From Diplonema japonicum (lineage: Eukaryota > Protista > Euglenozoa: Diplonemea), in NCBI GenBank assembly GCA_964019335.1, contig OZ025743.1, positions 310,001 through 374,000 of the forward strand: a stretch of 64,000 nt of DNA, in the 5' to 3' direction. The position numbers and the translations under genes are program-made. A model generated the notes under the pieces. It had not been told where the DNA came from, ran no database searches, and saw only the letters and a program-made list of their open reading frames with translations. Numbering within the stretch: position 1 is the stretch's first letter; the number at the start of each line of letters is the position of its first letter. Below, in pieces: positions 62,701-64,000 of the stretch.

Positions 62701-64000
62701 AAGAGAGGAACTTCATGCTCCTGGGGGCGCCGATAGGATCGCCGGAGTACACGCAAGCCTTTCTGAACAAACGCTTGGACGCGCTGGAAGAGAACTTCGA
62801 CATGCTGACCAAGGTGGGGAGGCAGACAGGGTACACACTTCTCCGGTATTGCAGCTCATACAGCAAACTGGTGTTTTACATGAGAGTGGTCCCAGACTCG
62901 CATGTGGGAGGGGTCATGCACAGGTTCGACGAGATGGTGCGGAAGACGATGTCGAAGGTGTGCGGCATGCAGTTCGAGAACGGGTCGAAAGAATGGCAGC
63001 AGGCGAAACTGTCCGTAAAAGTCGGTGGGCTTGGGATGAGGAGCTGCCAGGAGCACCTGCGCGCGGCCAACATGGCTTCGAGGGCGTCGACGATGAAGCT
63101 GTGCAAGGAGCTGGATCCCAAATACGAACATGGGCTGGAAGGGGGTGTATGGGGGAGCTGGCTCGAGTGGTTCAACAGGACGAAAGGCGGCATGCAGATT
63201 ACACCCGACATGGTGGCCAAGGCCCCCCACATCTGCAGCCAGAGGTGGCTCTCTAGGGTGCTTGATGAGAAGGCGCTGGAGGACCTCTTGGCGAAAGCAG
63301 ATGCACGCTCGAGAGCGAGGTTGATGTCGGAGTCAATGCACTATGCGGGGGCGTGGTTGACGGCGACGCCTGACTTCTACAACCAGCTGTCGGACAACGA
63401 GTTTGGGGCTCTGATCAAGTGGTGGTTGGGGGCTCCGGTCTACAAGCAGGGTGAGAGCTGCCACGACCCGAGGTGCAAGACTGAGGGGATGGACGTTTGG
63501 GGTGACCATGCCCAGGGATGCGGCAACGCCAGGATTGCGAGGCACGACCGGGTGAAGGAGACCATCCACAGACACTGTCAGTGGGCCGGGGTGAGCGCAA
63601 CGATGGAGAAGACGGGGCTGATCCCGGGGTCGTCCCAGCGCAAACCCGCAAACCAGCAAACCCGCAAACCCGCAAACCCGCAAACCCGCAAACCCGCAAA
63701 CCCGCAAACCCGCAAACCCGCAAACCCGCAAACCCGCAAACCCGCAAACCCGCAAACCCGCAAACCCGCAAACCCGCAAACCCGCAAACCCGCAAGCCCG
63801 CAAACCCGCAAACCCGCAAACCCGCAAACCCGCAAACCCGCAAACCCGCAAACCCGCAAACCCGCAAACCCGCAAACCCGCAAACCCGCAAACCCGCAAA
63901 CCCGCAAACCCGCAAACCCGCAAACCCGCAAACCCGCAAACCCGCAAACCCGCAAACCCGCAAACCCGCAAACCCGCAAACCCGCAAACCCGCAAACCCG
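59751..64000 (+). CDS. Retrotransposon polyprotein: C2H2 fingers - OTU protease - zinc finger - reverse transcriptase - CCHC - start of RLE (3'-partial)
   Basis: Frame open from 59643 to the window end. CRMEDC..HLNAVH; OTU DGNCMFHAL..TWGDH..YNGNHYE; RT AAGPTGLR, RPIAVGDVLRRL, KIDYANAFN, GVQQGDPMGP, FYLDDG, GGLG; CHDPRC..DHAQGC..RHD; E..GL.PGSSQRKPA. Confidence 0.9.
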   Translation, partial: MDGTQQGRDEMGAPGGVGLGRPVLPLADPRGEAGAGVGIRMAPSFLHAAVLWKRPGSNRRTTCRSRVQVGPQGDEWSAGELAWLAVGGTLVGSTSVWIGGLMSLWAMSEVMVGKAGAGPTQRFGPVKLKKTRRGSRGHYLPVYLGPPRSSRRRKKKEDTKQAAKERAETEDKLFQAEHLDPFADLTLAGDALQGGGDPPPMDLDDEHMEAQKEGEKEGSDKHQCRMEDCSFHTSVASCLVKHLNAVHHHFVKQEQARSMKVNLCGTCAAACSSNQMHCALHRQRNLWNPDKQPRAGKSVDEIMKSFKLTRRSTEKDGNCMFHALAGSLREAYGDHTHIRSEVVEWMKHREEHYAPFCSEGWDRYLEGMGTAATWGDHLCLAATAQVFGHMILVVAGGNNPVLMIGEYNSDHEKVVVLAYNGNHYEYAVGEEESMMMLLDESQSVALQKAGKQPSEAPGEDIGEWDIIDCAIPGYGKAGVLDQMGARNQQFLYCPVVNCARSKCKSTTPFNSTRVWKCHLDGHLESDEIPESVLRRLDLERCLVCRGNTEEAWLKDNTEEAWLLVAMLPKACLWKKRGGKKRDKETELSVQARLEEWEKGNYMALWNKLESGEKGEPKNDEVSKVARATELCSKGRFSAGNAALVAQGLAEDNEDCWRALQSKHPEPLHPQWDNPAKTKEAVEVLPEEVLDAIRDFPRGTAAGPTGLRAQHIRDAADGAFESQGCLMSVTRAVNALARGTAPREVAPLMAGANLVALKKNDRDVRPIAVGDVLRRLVGKSLVKKIAPEVASSYLKKGGQVGVSVPAGIEAAIHTIRQYVDRERGNKQENKVILKIDYANAFNSVCRRQLCSQAYEQASGLYAWADWCYRVPSQLYYNGKVIKSQEGVQQGDPMGPLLFSLAIQPLVNKISEDCNLDILQFYLDDGVLVGNVDEVRKAYNILCELSGMIGLKVKPQKCELIWVSGDLPQTVEDTGFDGLTEENFHKERNFMLLGAPIGSPEYTQAFLNKRLDALEENFDMLTKVGRQTGYTLLRYCSSYSKLVFYMRVVPDSHVGGVMHRFDEMVRKTMSKVCGMQFENGSKEWQQAKLSVKVGGLGMRSCQEHLRAANMASRASTMKLCKELDPKYEHGLEGGVWGSWLEWFNRTKGGMQITPDMVAKAPHICSQRWLSRVLDEKALEDLLAKADARSRARLMSESMHYAGAWLTATPDFYNQLSDNEFGALIKWWLGAPVYKQGESCHDPRCKTEGMDVWGDHAQGCGNARIARHDRVKETIHRHCQWAGVSATMEKTGLIPGSSQRKPANQQTRKPANPQTRKPANPQTRKPANPQTRKPANPQTRKPANPQTRKPASPQTRKPANPQTRKPANPQTRKPANPQTRKPANPQTRKPANPQTRKPANPQTRKPANPQTRKPANPQT
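63639..64000 (+). repeat. (CAAACCCG)n 8-bp tandem array, at least 45 units
   Basis: Near-perfect repeat to the window end, with two variant units (about 63655 and 63796). Confidence 0.97.

Larger units (their letters stand above)
58395..64000 (+). mobile_element. CRE/SLACS-clade non-LTR retrotransposon with restriction-like endonuclease, 3' end replaced or interrupted by satellite
   Basis: SL head, ATG 58473 with a decayed Thr/Ala/Pro-rich 5' ORF, then a long ORF with zinc fingers, OTU, RT and a CCHC/RH knuckle. Confidence 0.9.

Noticed and set aside
63639-64000. Canonical right-end telomere; long minus-strand RVCGFAGL ORFs
   Set aside because: The C-rich strand runs toward the window end (wrong polarity), and the ORFs are just repeat translations.

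Overview
Eukaryotic DNA, almost certainly from a diplonemid (Euglenozoa): a diplonemid-type spliced-leader (SL) exon copy lies at 58395-58433, and about 25 host genes from 1 to 56500 all lie on the minus strand in one head-to-tail cluster. Host genes include an ADP-ribosyltransferase-ankyrin fusion, a kinase with a pseudophosphatase tail, a PhyH dioxygenase, legumain, Rab21, a kinesin, a NEK kinase, an EF-hand K+ channel and a ubiquitin-like/LRR protein. Several are split by 36-62 nt GT-AG introns that lack a polypyrimidine tract and are often nearly pure poly(A). Both ends are rich in transposons (foldback MITEs, a dead piggyBac, a LINE remnant). The most striking object is at 58.4-64 kb: a CRE/SLACS-clade non-LTR retrotransposon whose 5' end is a complete SL exon, i.e. 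a retro-copy of a trans-spliced mRNA. Its polyprotein carries an intact OTU deubiquitinase domain, its 5' part is CpG-decayed, and its endonuclease motif runs into a (CAAACCCG)n array. Two long ORFs (1-2527 minus, 59751-64000 plus) are missing from the supplied ORF track because they run off the window. All domain calls are by eye, without database searches.
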